Shown here piece after piece: positions 25,201-40,200 of a stretch of 56,735 bases of DNA; position 1 is the stretch's first letter; each line of letters begins with the position of its first letter. The stretch comes from Chiloscyllium plagiosum (lineage: Eukaryota): positions 10,972,325 to 11,029,059 of the forward strand of contig NC_057718.1 of the NCBI RefSeq assembly GCF_004010195.1, written 5' to 3'. The notes under the pieces are model-generated. The model did not search any database. It saw only the letters and a list, made by a program, of their open reading frames with translations, and was not told where the DNA came from. Position numbers and translations under genes: made by a program.

Positions 25201-28200
25201 TTAGAACATAGAATCATACAGCACAGAAGTAGACCCTTTAGCCCATCCAGGTAGTATTGGATCCTTTAAAGAACAATTCAGTTAGTCCCAGTCCACTGCT
25301 CTTTTCCCAAATCCCTGCAATTTTTCTTGTTTAAGTACCAATGTTGGCTGTCCAGCAATATGTTGGTAAATCAAGGTAAAATACAGAAGTACTGAACAGG
25401 CACACAAGACAAATGGCACCTAAAGGACGAAGTTAATTTTAGGGTTGATCCCTAATGCCTGAACCTGTAGGAGAAACATGCATAATTTTATTTTACTTGT
25501 CCCACGCTGTAGTATGGGTTGCCTGCACAGTTAAGCACATTCACAAAGCAGTAATGTGTAAAGCCATTGATAGTGTTCAGAAATAGGGTTGCAAAATAAT
25601 CTTGGCCTTAATTGTGACCCCAATGCCTGACACATTAGCAGTTTTAGAGACACTTGAGAACAGACGTGCTGCTCTCTGCTGTTCTTTCACAAGATCACTG
25701 TTGAACTTCAAGCTTCACTACTTACTAGCTACACATCTCTCAATGACTACTAGCTATGGAATCCTAGCTAGTTAAGATGTGAAAAAAACAAATATAGGAA
25801 CATAGCTTCTCCCTATAATGATTAAATCTAATGTCTGTTAAACTCCGAACCTTGAAACTATAAAGATCTTAATCAAATGAACAGAGCTTTATTCTACACT
25901 CTTCATTTCTTTTCATATTTTTACATTTTACTTCGTATAATTGATAACTTAACTTAAAGGGGAGGCATGGTGTTTCAGTGGTTAGCACTGCCCCCTCACA
26001 GTGTCAGAGACCCGGGTTCGATTCCAGCCTTGGGTGACTGTTTGTGTGGATTTTTCACATTCTCCCTGTGTCTGCGTGGGTTTCCTCCGGGTGCTCCGGT
26101 TTCCCCTCTCAATCACAAAGATGTGTGGTTTAGTTGAATTGGGCAATTTAGCATGGCCATAGTGTTCAGGGATGTGTAGGCTAGGTGCAAATGTGGGATA
26201 ATGGGGTAGGGATGGGTGGGTTACTCTTCTGAGGGTCAGTGTGGATCTTTTGGGCCAAAGGGCCTGTTTCCACGATGTGGGGATTCTATGATTAACTCAT
26301 TTTATCTCTTGTCTATGACCTATCTTGATTTTTAAATTGATGACTTTTTGATAACATAATGGTGTGTGGCCACTGCAGCTCAATGCATTTCCATTGTAGT
26401 AAAATCATCATTTCAATAGTTATATATTTTTTCTCCTCTCCTATTCTTAAAGGCTTCTCATGGAAGAGCTGGTCAACTTTATGGAGCGTGTACCAAAGCC
26501 ACAGTCTGCCACCAATTGGAAGAATCGGGAAATGCTCAGGTTAAATAATGAGCTGAATTAAACTGTGACTGTTTTTTCTCTTTACATTTTACAAGTGTTC
26601 TTTGTCCACTTTTTAATTTTTAGGTGAGCAGGTTATGAAAAAACACTCTAATATTAGGAATATTAAGTGAGGAAATGCCTGCAAAATTGCGTGGAGTACC
26701 CCAATACACTCTGAATGGCTACCGATAACACTTATGGACTTAAAGATTAACTGGAACAGCCAGATAAATACAGCGGTTGTAGTATATACTGTACTATCTA
26801 TAATGTGCACTGCAGTAACTCCCCCAGGAGGCAAATCCCAAAGGCATGACCTCAACCATTGAGAAGAACTACGATACAGGAGCAGGGAAACATCATAATT
26901 TGTGACTTCCCCTCCAAGCCATACAACATCCTGATTTGGAAACCTTTAAGCCATTTCTTTATCATCGGTGAATCATTAGTGTGGAACTCACTCCCTAATG
27001 GGACTGTGAGTGTGTCTACACCATATAGACTGCGGCAGTTCAAAAAGGTAGCTAATCACCACCACCTCCAGAGCAACTAGGAATGGGCAATAAATACTGA
27101 CCTTGCCAGTGATGCCATCATCCCATTTTTTCAACTATATGTGGTGAGGGCCAGTGTGAGGTAGGATTTCCTCTTGTTTCTGTATGTTTGCAGCAGCATA
27201 AATATAGGTTGAAATTGCCCAAGCCTGCTGTTTAATATGCAATTGAATAGTCACTAAGTAGTCATGGAAAAGCGCAGCAGGTCAGGCAGCATCCAGGGAA
27301 CAGGAGAATCGACATTTCGGGCATAAGCCCTTCTTCAGGCTTATGCCCGAAACGTCGATTCTCCTGCTCCTTGGATGCTGCCTGACCTGCTGCGCTTTTC
27401 CAGCAACACATTTTCAGCTCTGATCTCCAGCATCTGCAGACCTCACTTTCTCCACTAAGTAATCATGCCCTAGTCTTGGATGTCTGTCATCTTTTTAAGG
27501 TGTGGCCTGTCTTGTCATTGCCAACAGAAAATGTCGAAGACCTGTAAAGTCAGCTGTAAACACTGCCTCCAGTTTGAATAGGCTATTGCATGTGAGGAAC
27601 ATCCAGCTCCTTACATCATCTTAACCATGCCTCTGTCCCTCCCTTCCTTTTTCATTAGGAAGTGAGTTCATTGAGTCATTTGGAACATGGAAGGGTGCTA
27701 TTTGTTCGAAATAAGCTGCTCTCCACTCAGTCCCATCTCTGAGTCTAGATGCTGGAAAAGCACAGCACGTCAGGCTGCATTCAAGGAGCAGGAGAATCGA
27801 TATTTCGGGCATAGCCCTTCATCAGGAATCATGCCCGAAACATCGATTCTCCTGCTCCTCGGATGCTGCTTGACCTGCTGTGCTTTTCCAGCACTACACT
27901 CTCGACTCTGATCTCCAGCATCTGCAGTCCTCACTTTCTCCTCCCAGTCCCATTCCTGACTCACTGCCTGTAGTGCTCTAAGTTGTCATCCAACATTCTT
28001 TTGAAATCATTGTTTCTGGTTCCACATAGGAAATAGGAGTAGGTCATTCAACAAGATCATGGCTCAACCCTGGGAATCTTCCTCTCGTCTCATTTGCATC
28101 TTTCCCACACTATCTTAAATCTCTGTTCCATTAAACTTGTGTTCTTGGCTAGCGATGTTCAATTGAAACTTTTTACATAAAAAAGTCTTAGATATTTGTG

Positions 28201-31200
28201 AAATACAGCAAAGAAATCTGAAGCAAAAACAGAAGTTGCTGAAGAAGCTCAGCAGAGCTGGCAGCATCTCTGGAGAGGAGGGAAAGTTAATATTTTGAGT
28301 CCAGTGATATATGTTCCTCCCTCTTTCGCTCTGTGTCTAACTGCCGCAGTCTATCCAGCACAGAGAGGGTGAGACAGAGACTCGATTCTTAATTATTTCT
28401 ACCAGTCTTCTGAGTCACTCATATTCTACTTTTAGTAATGAGCTCCTTTGTATGGACGTGACTTTTCTTTGCACAGTACCACGGTTCAGCACTGTACTTC
28501 GCCCTCATGAGTCTCAGTCAACCATCAGTAACTCCACCAAAATATCCTTCTGTACCTTTCTCATTGTTTTCAAGCTTCTTCTTCAATGGAAATTGCTGTT
28601 ATCTCAGCTACTCCTTGTGGTTGCAAATCCATATTTTAACCACTCTCTGGGTAAAGAGGTGTCTCTTGAATTCCCTGTCATTATTATTCATTGTCTATCC
28701 TGTTCCTGCTTCCAGGCACTTACCTGCACCTCTAAAGGATGCTGTGGAAGTTTTAACATGGAAACGTTGTTACACAATGCCAGAGGTTAACTTGGCCCTA
28801 AGCAAGGTTCAGCTCGTAGGGTATTCTCAGAAAATAGTAAGTATTTGTTTATCATTCAAACTTACTGGGTGGAGGAAATACAATGGTGAGAATGCAGAGC
28901 AAAATTGTCAACTGTTCGGTCAATACCTTGGGTAAACCGTTTCACCTCAGTATTTTGCTTTGAGTTTTGTCTTCCAGTAGTTGTGGAGTTTTCTGTGTTT
29001 TTTCCTTTAAGGTTTATTTCTGGGGAGAGAGCAGCACAGTGGTAACATCACTGGACTTGTATCCAGAAACCCAGGTTAATATTCTGGAATAGGTCAGCAG
29101 ATCTGGTGGCATCTGTGAAGAGAAATCAAAGTAAACATTTCAGGTCCAGTAACCCTTCCTTGGAACCTGTTCTGAGGAAGGGTTACTAAACCCAAAATGT
29201 TAACTTTGATTTCTCTTCACAGATGTTGCCAAATCTGCTGAGTTTTCCAACAACTTCTGTTTTCGTTTCTGATTTACAGCATCCGCAGTTCTTTTGGTTT
29301 TCAATATTCTGGGATCGCAGGTTCATGTCCCACCACAGAAATTGGTGGAATTTCAATTCAATTCTCGGTAATGGTGGCTGTGAAGCTATCATAGAGTCGT
29401 ACAGCATGGAAACAGACCTTTCGGTCCAACTTATCCAAGCTGATCAGATATCCTAAACTGATCTTGTGCCGTTTTGCCAGCATTTGGCCCATGTCTCTGT
29501 CAACCATTCCTGTTCATGTACCCGTCCAGCTTCCATCAGTTGTTGTAAAAACCCAACTGGTTTTCAAAGGTCCCTTTAGGCTTGGGAATCAGCCATCCTT
29601 ATACAGTCTGGCTTACTTGTGACTCCAGGCCCACAGCAATATGGTTGACTCCAAACTGTCTTGTGAATTTACCCAATATGCCACTCAGTGCAAGAACAAA
29701 GTAATGATAGGCAACAAATTCTGGCCTTACCAGTGACACCCACATCCCATCAAAGTATTTAAAAAAAACTTCCTAATTGATTATGTTATTTTATGTAAAT
29801 TCATTGTGTTCTTCGAGAAGAAGAACGGCAACTTTTTCACACAGAGTAGTTCATGCGTGGAATGAATTGCCAGAGGAAGTGATGGATGCAGATACAGCTA
29901 CAACATCTAAAAGACATTTGGACAGATACATGAATAGGAAAGGTTTAGAGGGATATGGGCCAAACGCAGGTGAGTCAGACTACTTTAGTTTGGGAAACTT
30001 GGTCAGCATGGATGATTTGGACTGAAGGGTCTGTTTCCGTGCTGTATGACTCTGTAAGAAACTAAATTCCTGTAGGTGAAAATGATTCCATCTGATCAAC
30101 ACAGATAATCAGTTATGGTTTTGAAAACTAGCTTAAATATATTTAGTTTAAAATCATGCTACACTGGGTTATGGTCCAGCATGTTTGTTTGGAAGTGTGG
30201 GCTTTTGCAGTACTGCTCCTTTGTCAGGTGGCTGGTGGGGCAGGATCATGGGACACGGAATTTGTGGTGGAAGATTAAGGTGTTGTGCAGCTGGTGCAAT
30301 GTATTGAGTGGACCTGGATTGCTGTTGGGTCTTTGGTCGCTTGGAGTGGAGTTGCAGGTTTCGACTCATTGATGTGTAAATCCCACAACAACTTTCAATA
30401 TGTCTCTGAAGTCATTAGTATTAAGTTAGTCTAGAGCAGTGTTTTGTAGAGGAATAAGAAGATACTATTTTTTGGGTCTGTAGACTGCAGAAGCAAAAAT
30501 GGCCTTTAGTAGAGTGATATGCTCTTCTTGTCAGGTGTGGGAGTTTAGGGAGAGTTTATGTGTTACTGAGGAGTATATCTGCAAAACATGTCGTTGCAAA
30601 TTCCATCAGATAGGATGGATCGGTTGGAGTGACAGAGGCAATGAGGAATTTACAAGAGCAAAGGGGTGTGATGGATGGCAGTTATAGGAAGGGAGAAAAG
30701 CCGCAGCTACAGTCACATAGATGGGTTAACTCCAGGAAAGGTAAGAGAGGTGGGCAGGTAGCGCAGGAGTCTTCTATGGCTATCCCCATTTCAAACAATT
30801 ATGCTGTTTTGGAAAATGTAGGGGGTGATGGATTCTCAGGGAAATGTGTAGCACGAACAGCCAAGTTTCTGGTACCGGGACAGGCTGTAATGTAATGAGG
30901 GGTACATTGGGTTCCAAGCGATCGATTATGTTAGAGGACTCTCTAGTCAGAGGCACAGACAGATATTTCTGTGGCCCTGTGGGGGGGAGTGGAGGCGGTG
31001 GGGGAAATGACCCTAGGGGATAGTGAGGAAAGAGGTCAGTTTGAGACTGGTTGAGAAAACAAGCGAATCAAGCAGTCGGGGCAGGCATGGATCAATTAAA
31101 CTGCATTTATTTCAATGCAAGAGGCCTAACAGGGAAGGCAGGTGAACTCGGGGCATAGGTAGGAACATGGGACTGGGATATCATAACAATTAAAGCAGAG

Positions 31201-34200
31201 AACAAGGAAGGACTGATCAATTAAACTGCATTTATTTCAATGCAAGAGGCCTAACAGGAAAGGCAGGTGAACTCAGGGCATAGGTAGGAACATGGGACTG
31301 GGATATCATAACAATTACAGGAATGTGGTTCAGGGATGGACAAGACTGGCAGCTTAATGTTCCAGGATATAAATGCTGCAGGAAGGATAGAAAGGGAGGC
31401 ATGAGAGGAGGGGGAGCAGCATTTTTGACAAAGGATAGCAGTACAGCTATGCTGAGGGAGGATATTCCTGGAAATACATCCAGTGAGGTTATTTGGGTGA
31501 AACTGAGAAATAAGAAAAGGATGATCACCTTATTGGGGTTGTGTCATAGATCCCCTAATAGTCAACAGGAATTTGAGAAGCAAATTTGTAAGGAAATTTC
31601 AGTTATCTGTAAGAATAATAGGGTGATTATGGTAGGGAATTCTAACTTTTCAAACAAAGACTGGGACTGCCATAGTGTTAAGGGTTTAGATGGAGAAGAA
31701 TTTGTGAAGTGTGTACAAGAAAATTTTCTGATTCAATATGTGGATGTACCTACTAGAGAAGGTGCAAAACTTGACCTACTCTTGGGAAATAAGGCAGGGC
31801 AGGTGACTGAGGTATCAGTGGGGAGTACTTTGCGACCAGCGACCATCATTCTACTAGTTTTAAAATAGTGATGGAAAAGGATAGACCAGATCTAAAAGTT
31901 GAAGTTCTAAATTGGAGGAAAGCTAATTTTGACAGTATTAGGCAAGAACTTTCAAAAGGTGATTGAGGGCAGATGTTTGCAAGTAAAGGGACGACTGGAA
32001 AATGAGAAGCCTTCAGAAATGAGACAACGAGAGTCCAGAGACAGTATAGTCCTTTTGGGGTGAAAGGAAAGTCTGGAAGGTACAGGGAATGCTGGATGAC
32101 TAGAGAAATTGAGGGTTTGGTTAAGAAAAAGAAGGAAGCATATGCCAGGTGTAGACAGGATAGATCTAGTGAATCCTAAAATCAGTCAGAATATACTTAA
32201 GGAAATCAGGAGGGCAAAAAGGGAACATGGGATAGCTTTGGCAAATAGAGTTAAGAAGAATCCAAAAGGTTTTTATACATTAAGGACAAATGGGTAATTA
32301 AGGAGAGAATAGGGCACCTCAAAGATCAGCAAGAAAGCCTTTGTGTGGAGCCGCAGGAGATGGGGGAGAAACTAAATGAGTACTTTGCCCTCAGTGTTTA
32401 CTGTGGAGAAGGACATGGAAGATATAGAATGTAGGGAAAAAGATGGTGATATCTTGAAAAATGTACATATTACAGAGGAGGAAGTGCCGTATGTCTTGAA
32501 ACGCCAAAGTCGATAAATCCCCAGGACCTGATTAGGTGTACCCTAGAACTCTCTGGGAAGTTAGAGAAGTGATTGTTGGCCCCCTTGCTGAGATATTTAT
32601 ATCATCAATAGTCACAGGTGAGGTGTCAGGAGACTGAAGGTTGGCTCACTATTTAAGAAAGGTGGTAAGGACAAGCCAGGGAGCTAAAGACCAATGAGCC
32701 TGATGTCAGTGGTGGGCAAGTTGTTGGAGGGAATCCAAAGGGACAGGATTTACATGTATTTGGAAAGGCAAGGACTGATTAGGGATAGTCAGCATAGCTT
32801 TGTGTGTGGGAAATCGTGTCTCACTAAATTGATTGAGTTTTTTGAAGAAGTAACAAAGAGGATTGATGAAGGCAGAGCAGTGAACGTGATCTATATGATG
32901 TTTGACAAGGTTCCCAATGGGAGACTGGTTAGCAAGGTTAGGTCTCGTGGAATCCAGGGAGAATTAGCCAGTTGGATACAGAACAGGCTCAAAGGTAGAA
33001 GACAGAGGGTGGTGGTGGACGGGTGTTTTTCAGACTGGAGACCTGTGACCAGTGGAGTAGTTAACAAGTTTGCAGATGATACAAAAATTGGAGGTGTAGT
33101 GGACAGTGAGGAAGGTTACCTCAGATTATTACAACGGGATTTTGATCAGATGGGCCAATGGCTGAGGGGTGGGCGGCACGGTGGCACAGTGGTTAGCACT
33201 GCTGCCTCGCAGCGCCAGAGACCCGGGTTCAATTACCGTCTCAAGCGACTGTCTGTGTGGAGTTTGCATGAAGAAGGCATTTGATATGCTTTCCTTTATT
33301 GGTCAGAGTATTGAGTTATAGGAGTTGGGAGGTCATGTTGCGGCTGTACAGGACATTGGTTAGGCCACTGTTGGAATATTGCGTGCAATTCTGTTCTCCT
33401 TCCTGTTGGAAAGATGTTGTGAAACTTGAAAGGGTTCAGAAAAGATTTACAAGGATGTTGCCAGGGTTGGAAGGTTTGAGCTATAGGGAGAGGTTGAATA
33501 GGCTGGGGCTGCTTTCCCTGGATCGTCGGAGGCTGAGGGGTGACCTTATAGAGGTTTACAAAATTATGAGGGGCATGGATAGAATAAATAGGAAAAGTCT
33601 TTTCTCTGGGGTGGAGAAATCCAGAACTAGAGGGCATAGGTTTAGGGTGAGAGAGGAAAGATATAAAAGAGACCTAAGGGGCAACTTTTTCATGCAGAGG
33701 ATAGTGTGTGTATGGAATGAGCTGCCAGAGGAAGTGATGGAAGCTGGTACAATTGCAACATTTAAAAGGCATCTGGATGGGTATGTGAATAGGAAGGGTT
33801 TGGAGGGATATGGGCCGGGTGCTGGCAAGTAGGACTTGAGGTTTGGATATCTGGTTGGCATGGACGAGTTGGACCGAAGAGACTGTTTCCATGCTGTACA
33901 TCTCTATGACTCTGATAGTCTTGAATAGATGAATATTTTGATCAAACAAAAACAAGATCAATGATATTTTCTCTCCTGATTGTTAGTTGATAAATAGAAA
34001 TGTTTTTGCACACAAGCTATGTGTACAGAATTGGGAGAAGTTGACAGCACCGAGGCTTGATCCTGAACAGTATAATGATAGTTGATGTGGAAAATGTTTA
34101 ATGAAAAAGCCTGATTCAATGTGATAACATTTTGCCCTTCTATAGTTCCTTTAACATAGATGCATGCACCTCTAGAGGTTTTTTGGAGAATGTGTTGTCT

Positions 34201-37200
34201 GGTCTACTCTGCAGTTGGAGTCAAAACCAAAAATAATCGTCAATTGAAAAGAGAATTGTTGTGCTGATGTATTTCACCCACTATTGTGTGGAGTAATGTA
34301 AATTCTGTCCTTATCTCTACACATTTACATTAGAAGTTCCCATATCAACATTTATACTGCTTTCTACTTGTATACACTGTAGTTAAACCATCCCACTAGT
34401 GATTGTGTTGAATCACTTCCACTTCCAGGAAGATGTAAGTAGAGTGTGACCAGTTTACCATGTAAACGTAGATGTACAAGTTTATAATGAAAAATGTTCA
34501 TAGAAATTGGTTGAAAATACAGAATTACTTTCCCTACGTATATATTTATTTCTATTAGAAACTATGAAATCAATTTTCTATTGAGGTCAAGTAGAACATT
34601 TCAGATACTCTCATCTGGAATGAGACCTTCAGTGTTAGTACTGATATCTATCAGGCAATTACTATCACACCACTGCCCTCTACATCCTTCCACTAATGGA
34701 AGGAGAAGAAAGTCAGCCACACATTAGTTGCTGATCACTATCAAAAAGAGCATTGCTGGAGGTATGTAGATGTGGATTTTGGATGAAGCCATATGTGAAG
34801 ATCCAATGGTAGAATAGCCTACCAAAGTTGACTATCTTAGTGGACAGACTAACTCATCATTGCTTTCAGAAAGTAAGTGTGGAGCAGGCTCGTTTAAAGA
34901 TGAGCATAGAGTCATGGAGATGTATAGCATGGAAACAGACCCTTCGATCCAACCCGTCCATGCCAACCAGATATCTCAACCCAATCTAGTCCCATCTGCC
35001 AGCACCTGGCCCATATCCCTCCAAACCCTTCCTATTCATATACCCATCCAAATGCCTCTTAAATGTTGGATTTGTAAAAGCCTTCACCACATCATCTGGC
35101 AGCTCATTCCATACCCATACCACCCTCTGCTTGAAAATGTTGCCCCTTAGGTCTCTTTTATATTTTTCCCCTCTCACCCTAAACCTATGCCCTCTAGTTC
35201 TGGACTCCCCAAATCCAGGGAAAAGACTTTGCCTATTTATCCTATCCATGCCCATCATAATTTTGTAAACCTCTATAAGGTCACCCCTCAGCCTCTGACG
35301 CTNNNNNNNNNNNNNNNNNNNNNNNNNNNNNNNNNNNNNNNNNNNNNNNNNNNNNNNNNNNNNNNNNNNNNNNNNNNNNNNNNNNNNNNNNNNNNNNNNN
35401 NNNNNNNNNNNNNNNNNNNNNNNNNNNNNNNNNNNNNNNNNNNNNNNNNNNNNNNNNNNNNNNNNNNNNNNNNNNNNNNNNNNNNNNNNNNNNNNNNNNN
35501 NNNNNNATTGGCCCATTTGGTCCAGATCCTGTTGTAATCTGAGGTAACCCTCTTCGCTGTCCACTACACCTCCAATTTTGGTGTCATCTGCAAACTTACT
35601 AACTGTACCTCTTATGCTTGCATCCAAATCATTTATGTAAATGACAAAAAGCTGTTTATGCTGTTAATTGAGTTCTGTTCTTTTCTGTGGAATATCAGGA
35701 GCTTTTCGGTGCAGTACAGATCACTCCACTCAGCTCAGGCTACTGTTTGGGCAGCTCCAATTGGATCATCCAGTCGCACTACGAGAAAGTGGCTTATGTG
35801 TCTGGATCCTCATTGCTCACCACACACCCACAGGTAACTACCTCCTCCGTCACTGGTCCCTTCTCATTAGTGGGACAGTGATGCTGTAATGGGAATGTCG
35901 CTAGACCAATAATCCAGAGGCCCAGACTAATGTTTTGGTGAGATAGGTTCTGTTAAACGGAATTTAAATTCAGTTAATAGATCTGGAATTGAAAGCTAGT
36001 CTCAATGATGGTGAGCATGTAGCTATCGTTGATTACCATAAAAACCAACCTGGTGCACAAATGTCTTTTAGGAAAGGTAACCTGCCATCCTTACCCAGTC
36101 TTGTTTACATGTGACTTCAGACCCACAGCAATGTGGTTGACTAATAGTTGACCTCTTAAATGGCTGAGCACGCCACTCCATTCCAAGATAAGTTGGGATT
36201 GTCAACAAATGTTGGTCTTGCTGGTGATGCCCACTGGGGGAGAAAAAAATGACTTATGCAGCACCTTTAACACATCAAAACATCTCAAGACGCTTAACAG
36301 GAGCTTTACCCTCTTGTGACACCAAGCTGATGAAGGAAAGATGGCCAAAAGCTGCTTTAGAGAAGTGAGTTTTAAAGAGCACTTAAAGGAAATAAACAAC
36401 AGGAAATATTAGTAAATGGGAGGAAAAGTTAAGAACTCATGCTAGTTCTCAATGTTGATCTACAGCTGTTTCAAGAAGGAAGAAAATTTGATTAAAAAAG
36501 AACAAATATGTTTTATTTCAGCCCATGGAGCAAACCTCCCTGAAAAATAGTGATGTCCTCATCCTGACTGGACTGACGCAGATTCCGACCGCTAATCCTG
36601 ATGGCATGTTGGGTGAATTCTGCAGTAACCTAGGTAACAGACTCGGAAGAAGGTTTGTTAAGATCCAGGACCTCATGTTGCTCAGTCCTGTGCTTCCCTG
36701 GAGTGTGTTTTGTTTTTAAGCCCTCTCTGTTGGAAATGTACGTAGAACATAGAACAGTACAACACAGTACAGGTCCTTCAGCCCTCAATGTTGTGCCGGC
36801 CTTTTATCCTACTCTAAAATATGACTAATCTACATATCCTTCATTTTCCTATCTTCCATGTGCCTATCCAAGAGTCGCTTAAATGTCCCTAATATATCTG
36901 ACTCTGCTACCACTGCTGGCAGTGCATTGTATGCACCCACCCACTCTGCGTGAAGAACCTACCTCTGACATCTCCCTTAAACTTTCCTCCACTTACCTTA
37001 AAATTATGTCCCCTCATCTCTAACTATCCACTCTATCTATGCCTCTCAACATCTTGTACATCTCTATCAAGTCACCTCTCATCCTTCTTCACTCCAATGA
37101 GAAAAGCTCTCGCTCCTTCAAACTTTCTTCATAAGACATGCCATCCTGTCCAGGCAGCATCCTGGTAAATCTCCTCTGCACCCTCTCTAAAGCTTCCACA

Positions 37201-40200
37201 TATTTCCTGTGATGAGGCGACTAGAACTGAAAACAATATTCCAAGTGTGGTCTAACCAGGGCTCTATAGAGCTGCAGCATAACCTTGTGGCTCTTAAACT
37301 CAATCCCCCTGCTAATGAAAGCCAACACACCATATGCCTTCTTAACAACTCTATCAACTTTGGTAGCAGCTTTGAGGGAGCTATGGACATGGACCTCAAG
37401 ATGCCTCTGTTCCTCCACATTGCCAAGAATACTGCCTTTCACCGTATCATCTGCACTCAAATTCGACCTTCCAAAGTGAATTACTTCACACTTTTCCAGG
37501 TGGAATGCCATCTGCCACTTATCATCTCAAGATCAATGTTATATTTGGAAGCATCTTCAAAGTTGGGCTTGCTTAGTACAGTGGGTTTGTCCTTCTGTCC
37601 TCAAGTGAAACTGATGTCTCTGTTCAACTCACAGTAAAATGCTGTGAATGCTGGAAGTCTGACAAAGGGGGCAAAAAGAGTTATCTTTCCAGTGTGGAAG
37701 CAGGCCATTTGGCCCATCAATTCCACACTGACCCTCTGAAGAGCATCCAACGCAGATCCACCACCCCTTTCTATTCGTGTGTCCTTCCATTTCCCATGGC
37801 TAATCCACCTAACGTACACATCTCTTGATACTATGGGCAATTTCCCGTGGCCAATCCACCTAACCTGCACATCTTTGGGCTGTGGGAGGAAACTGGAGCA
37901 TCCAGAGGAAACTCACCCAGGGAGAATGTGCAGACTTGATACAGACACTCACCCAAGGGTGGAATTGAACCTGGATCCCTAGTGCTGTGAGGCAGCTTTG
38001 CTAACCACTGTGCCTCCCACAGGTCATGTCACATGTCACAGAAGTATTATAATGAAGACCCTTCACACCCGTGCTGACCCTCCTGAGGAGTGATTTGTGT
38101 CCTACTGACCCTGTTCGCTCGACATCTATCTTACATTCCAGCTCTTCAAATGTTCAGAAAATGTAGAAAATATTGTGCATAAAAGGAGGCCACTATGTCT
38201 GTGCTGACTGGAAAACAAGCTAACCAGCCTGCTCCTATTTACCAGCACTTGGTCTGTATTCCCAAAGATTACAGAACTACAGGTGCACATCTAGGCATCT
38301 TTTCAATGAGTCATCTTCTAGGTGAAAAAGCCTTTCTTTAACGCCCCTGCAATCCTTCTACCAAACATCTTAAATGATGCTGCCTAGTCACTAGCCTCTG
38401 TGCTGAAGGAAATAGGTCCTTCCCATTCACTATATCCAGGCCTCTCACAAACCTGTACACATCACTCAGGTTCACCCTCACCTCGCTCTGTTGTAAACCT
38501 GACGATCACAGAAGAAAGAATGTTTGCACATTTTAATAAAAAAAAGGCCAAGTAATTTAAAAAACAGTATCAACTTTTGTATCCCTTCTCAAGCTTTTGC
38601 CGTTGGTGGAAACTCACAGAGCAGCATTATCCAGCCTTGCTGGTGAGGAAGACAAAATCTTTCCAATCTAAAAGCCTTGTGCGGGTTTTACTTTATTTGC
38701 CCTCAGCTGTGACTGTCCGAAGTGGTGGGAATGTCCTGGTTCCATGCTACCCCTCAGGAGTAATTTACGACCTTCTGGAATGTCTGTATCAGTACATCGA
38801 CTCAGCCGGACTCTCCACTATCCCATTTTATTTCATCTCTCCTGTGGCCAACAGCTCGCTGGAGTTTTCCCAGATCTTTGCAGAGTGGTGAGTGTGTGAC
38901 AACTGTCGATTTCATGAACTGAGTGCTCAAAGGTGTCCATTTCATTGTTGACACTAGGAAAGACAATTGTTATGCATCCTTGCAGGTTTTTGGTGTGACA
39001 TTTGGGACCACTTGCACCTAGCCAGTCAACATCCTGTGTGTCAGGCCAAAGTCACTTTTATTTCCAGTATTGTATTTAGCTGAATTCAGATTCTCAGGTT
39101 GGTCAGATAGCAAGTGTTGAATTCAAATTCTAATGTAAATCGACTATCATCACCATTTTAGTCATGTCTGTAAGTATAAGGCTTAGTATGTGACCTTGTC
39201 ATTTTTTTTAACTGTTTGATGATATTATCTTGTTATGACTCTGATCTCTGAATTGTTTCACTTTTCTCTCTTTTCTCCTTGCCCCCACCCACTTTCACTT
39301 AAGGCTTTGTCACAACAAACAATCCAAAGTCTACTTGCCGGAGCCACCATTCCCGCATGCAGAGGTAATGAAAATGTCAGAAGTATTTTGAGGCTGTATT
39401 GTTTAGTGCTGCTTCTGTGGGCGGCACGGTGGCACAGTGGTTAGCACTGCTGCCTCACAGCGCCTGTAGACCTGGGTTCAGTTCCCGCCTCAGGCGACTG
39501 ACTGTGTGGAGTTTGCACGTTCTCCCCGTGTCTGCGTGGGTTTCCTCCGGGTGCTCCGGTTTCCTCCTACTGTCCAAAGATGTGCAGGTCAGGTGAATTG
39601 GCCATGCTAAATTGCCCGTAGTGTTAGGTAAGGGGCAAATGTAGGGGTATGGGTGGGTTGCGCTTCGGCGGGTCGGTGTGGACTTGTTGGGCTGAAGGGC
39701 TTGTTTCCACACTGTAATGTAATCTAATCTAATCTAATTATGAAGCACAGAGTTACACAGCGCAGTTACTGACTTTGGTATCTATGTTTCTGAAGTATTG
39801 TGTATCTGCACATGACCAACACGATGGAAAAGAGACCCACGTTTTGGCTGCTTCTAGTCTGTTTGAATGTGATATTATTGAGCATTAAGTCACTATGGTG
39901 GTTTGTTAATTGATGTGGATGGTGTAAATGTTCAAGTGTGCACCCCTAGGCAAAGGTGGCTATGAAATGACCCAGTGCTGAATTTTGAGATTTTCAGATC
40001 ATTGCATTCTATTACATGTCAAACTGTTGCGGTTTTTAATTATTTTCCCCACAACTTGCTGTGACATTCCCCTCAACCCTCTGTGCCTCCTGTCCCAACC
40101 TTAGCCACTTTATTTTGGGTAAATGCTTAGCAGAAAACCTAAGTTGCTTCTTCGCCTGAGAGGGAGCAACAGAGTATTTTCAGGGTGTTGTCCTGTGTAG

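Noticed and set aside
26540..26545. Weak donor GTTAAA as a minor-spliceosome intron
   Set aside because: It lacks the U12 consensus GTATCCTT, so it is an ordinary weak GT donor.
39419..39495. tRNA gene (also at 25960, 33170, 53580)
   Set aside because: The tRNA-like sequence runs directly into the V-domain and tail, so these are SINE heads.
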